Source of the DNA: an uncultured cyanobacterium
GTDB lineage: Bacteria > Cyanobacteriota > Cyanobacteriia > Cyanobacteriales > CAWCAG01
Direction of reading: 5' to 3'
NCBI GenBank assembly: GCA_963803805.1
Contig: CAWDOD010000002.1
Coordinates: 480,001 to 544,000, forward strand
DNA length: 64,000 bases
This document shows, piece after piece, positions 62,892 to 64,000 of the stretch. Made by a program: the position numbers and the translations under genes. Every line of letters begins with the position of its first letter. Within the stretch, counting starts at the first letter, position 1. Under the pieces are notes generated by a model that saw only the letters and a program-made list of their open reading frames with translations, was not told where the DNA came from and made no database searches.

Positions 62892-63758
62892 ATGACAATT
62901 TCAGCAGACCAAATTCCCGCCCAATCCCAAAAACGAAAACCTGGTTTAGAATCCAAAATGGACCCCCCGCCCCAATATGATCGTGATACCTACAAAGGTA
63001 GCGGCAAGCTTGAAGGCAAGGTGGCCCTCATTACTGGAGGAGATAGCGGTATTGGACGTTCCGTTGCTGTCCTCTATGCTAAAGAAGGGGCTGATGTGGC
63101 AGTTTCTTATCTCAATGAACATGAGGATGCTAAGGAAACTCAACGCCTTGTCCAACAACAAGGAAAGAAATGTTTCCTCCTTCCTGGGGATATTAGCGAA
63201 GAGAATTTTTGTACTGAAATCATCCAAAAGGTTGTTGATAAGTTTGGTCAACTGGATATTCTGGTTAACAATGCAGCCGAACAGTACCAAGAAGACGGAC
63301 AAACCTTAGAAAGTATTGACGCTGAACGTTTAAATAAAATCTTTGGTGTCAACATCTTCTCAATGTTTTACTTAACTAAAGCTGCCATCCCTCATCTTAA
63401 AGCGGGAAGTACGATTATCAATACCACCTCAATCAATGCCTACAAAGGTAACTCTCTCCTCATCAGCTACTCTACTACCAAAGGTGCTATCCTCGCCTTC
63501 ACCCGTTCCATCGCTGAACCTCTCCTAGAAAAAGGTATTCGCGTCAATGCCGTTGCACCAGGTCCAATTTGGACTCCCTTTATCCCCAGTACCCTCGATG
63601 CTGACGATGTAGAAGGGTTTGGCAAACAAGTACCAATGAAGCGTCCAGGGCAACCTGTGGAAGTTGCCACTTGTTTTGTCTTCCTCGCCTCAGAAGATTC
63701 TTCCTACCTTGCTGGGCAAGTTCTCCATCCTAACGGTGGTGTAGTGGTTAATGCTTGA
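62892..63758 (+). CDS. SDR oxidoreductase (general stress protein YhdF/YghA-like)
   Basis: TGGDSGIG, NNAA, YSTTK and APGPIWTP motifs. Confidence 0.92.
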   Translation: MTISADQIPAQSQKRKPGLESKMDPPPQYDRDTYKGSGKLEGKVALITGGDSGIGRSVAVLYAKEGADVAVSYLNEHEDAKETQRLVQQQGKKCFLLPGDISEENFCTEIIQKVVDKFGQLDILVNNAAEQYQEDGQTLESIDAERLNKIFGVNIFSMFYLTKAAIPHLKAGSTIINTTSINAYKGNSLLISYSTTKGAILAFTRSIAEPLLEKGIRVNAVAPGPIWTPFIPSTLDADDVEGFGKQVPMKRPGQPVEVATCFVFLASEDSSYLAGQVLHPNGGVVVNA

Positions 63759-63778
63759 TTTTTTCTAGGTAGACTTAC

Positions 63779-63825
63779 TTGACACCGACATACTCCCCGT
63801 CCTTATAGATCGGGGAGTATGTCAA
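63779..63825 (+). repeat. 13-bp perfect hairpin resembling an IS200/IS605 end remnant
   Basis: GACATACTCCCCG/CGGGGAGTATGTC, preceded by TTGAC and ending in TCAA. Confidence 0.5.
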
Positions 63826-64000
63826 CTAAGAAACTCTGCTAGGGATTTAAAATCTTTTTTCGTTTTGATAAAATTGCTATATCTTTTTGAGTAAGAAAAA
63901 TAATGATATTTTCTTTAACCTAAAGGTAGTTTTACTAAAGGATAATTATTATCAAAGATGATAGCGAATCTTACCAAAGGTCAAAAGCTACACATATTTG

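Noticed and set aside
59769-63758. Overlapping and antisense ORFs within gcvP and the SDR gene (likewise within dnaK, gnd and glgP)
   Set aside because: They are alternative-frame artefacts of conserved genes.

Overview
Chromosomal window from a cyanobacterium, judged from the frequent HIP1 octamer GCGATCGC, heptamer tandem repeats, a CAB-tailed ferrochelatase, a PedR-like regulator and a K-box before dnaK. Bases 1-7850 are a copper/heavy-metal island. It holds the end of a P1B-ATPase, an RppA/RppB (CopRS-like) two-component pair, a DUF2808 remnant, a His/Met-rich secreted protein paired with a beta-barrel protein behind a TTTCAT-N5-TTTCAT box, a DUF318 permease, and a Grx-MauE gene behind a MerR-type promoter. 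The middle is mostly housekeeping (menE, menC, glgP, dnaK, rpmA, rplU, prfB with its programmed frameshift, surE, gnd, hemH, moaA). It is interrupted by an accessory patch at 22.7-29.9 kb containing a cyclase-TIR-AAA fusion and a coupled operon of a nuclease-ParA fusion plus a ParB-like/HhH/Rho-N protein; this operon is the best candidate for an undescribed system. A second accessory patch at 53.6-59.6 kb carries three toxin-antitoxin-type pairs, 21-bp repeat arrays, an exact 22-bp direct repeat, a MITE and a complete ISAzo13 element, followed by gcvP and an SDR. Several single-base frameshifts look like assembly indels. No rRNA, tRNA or CRISPR array was seen. All family calls come from motif recognition by eye; no database searches were run.
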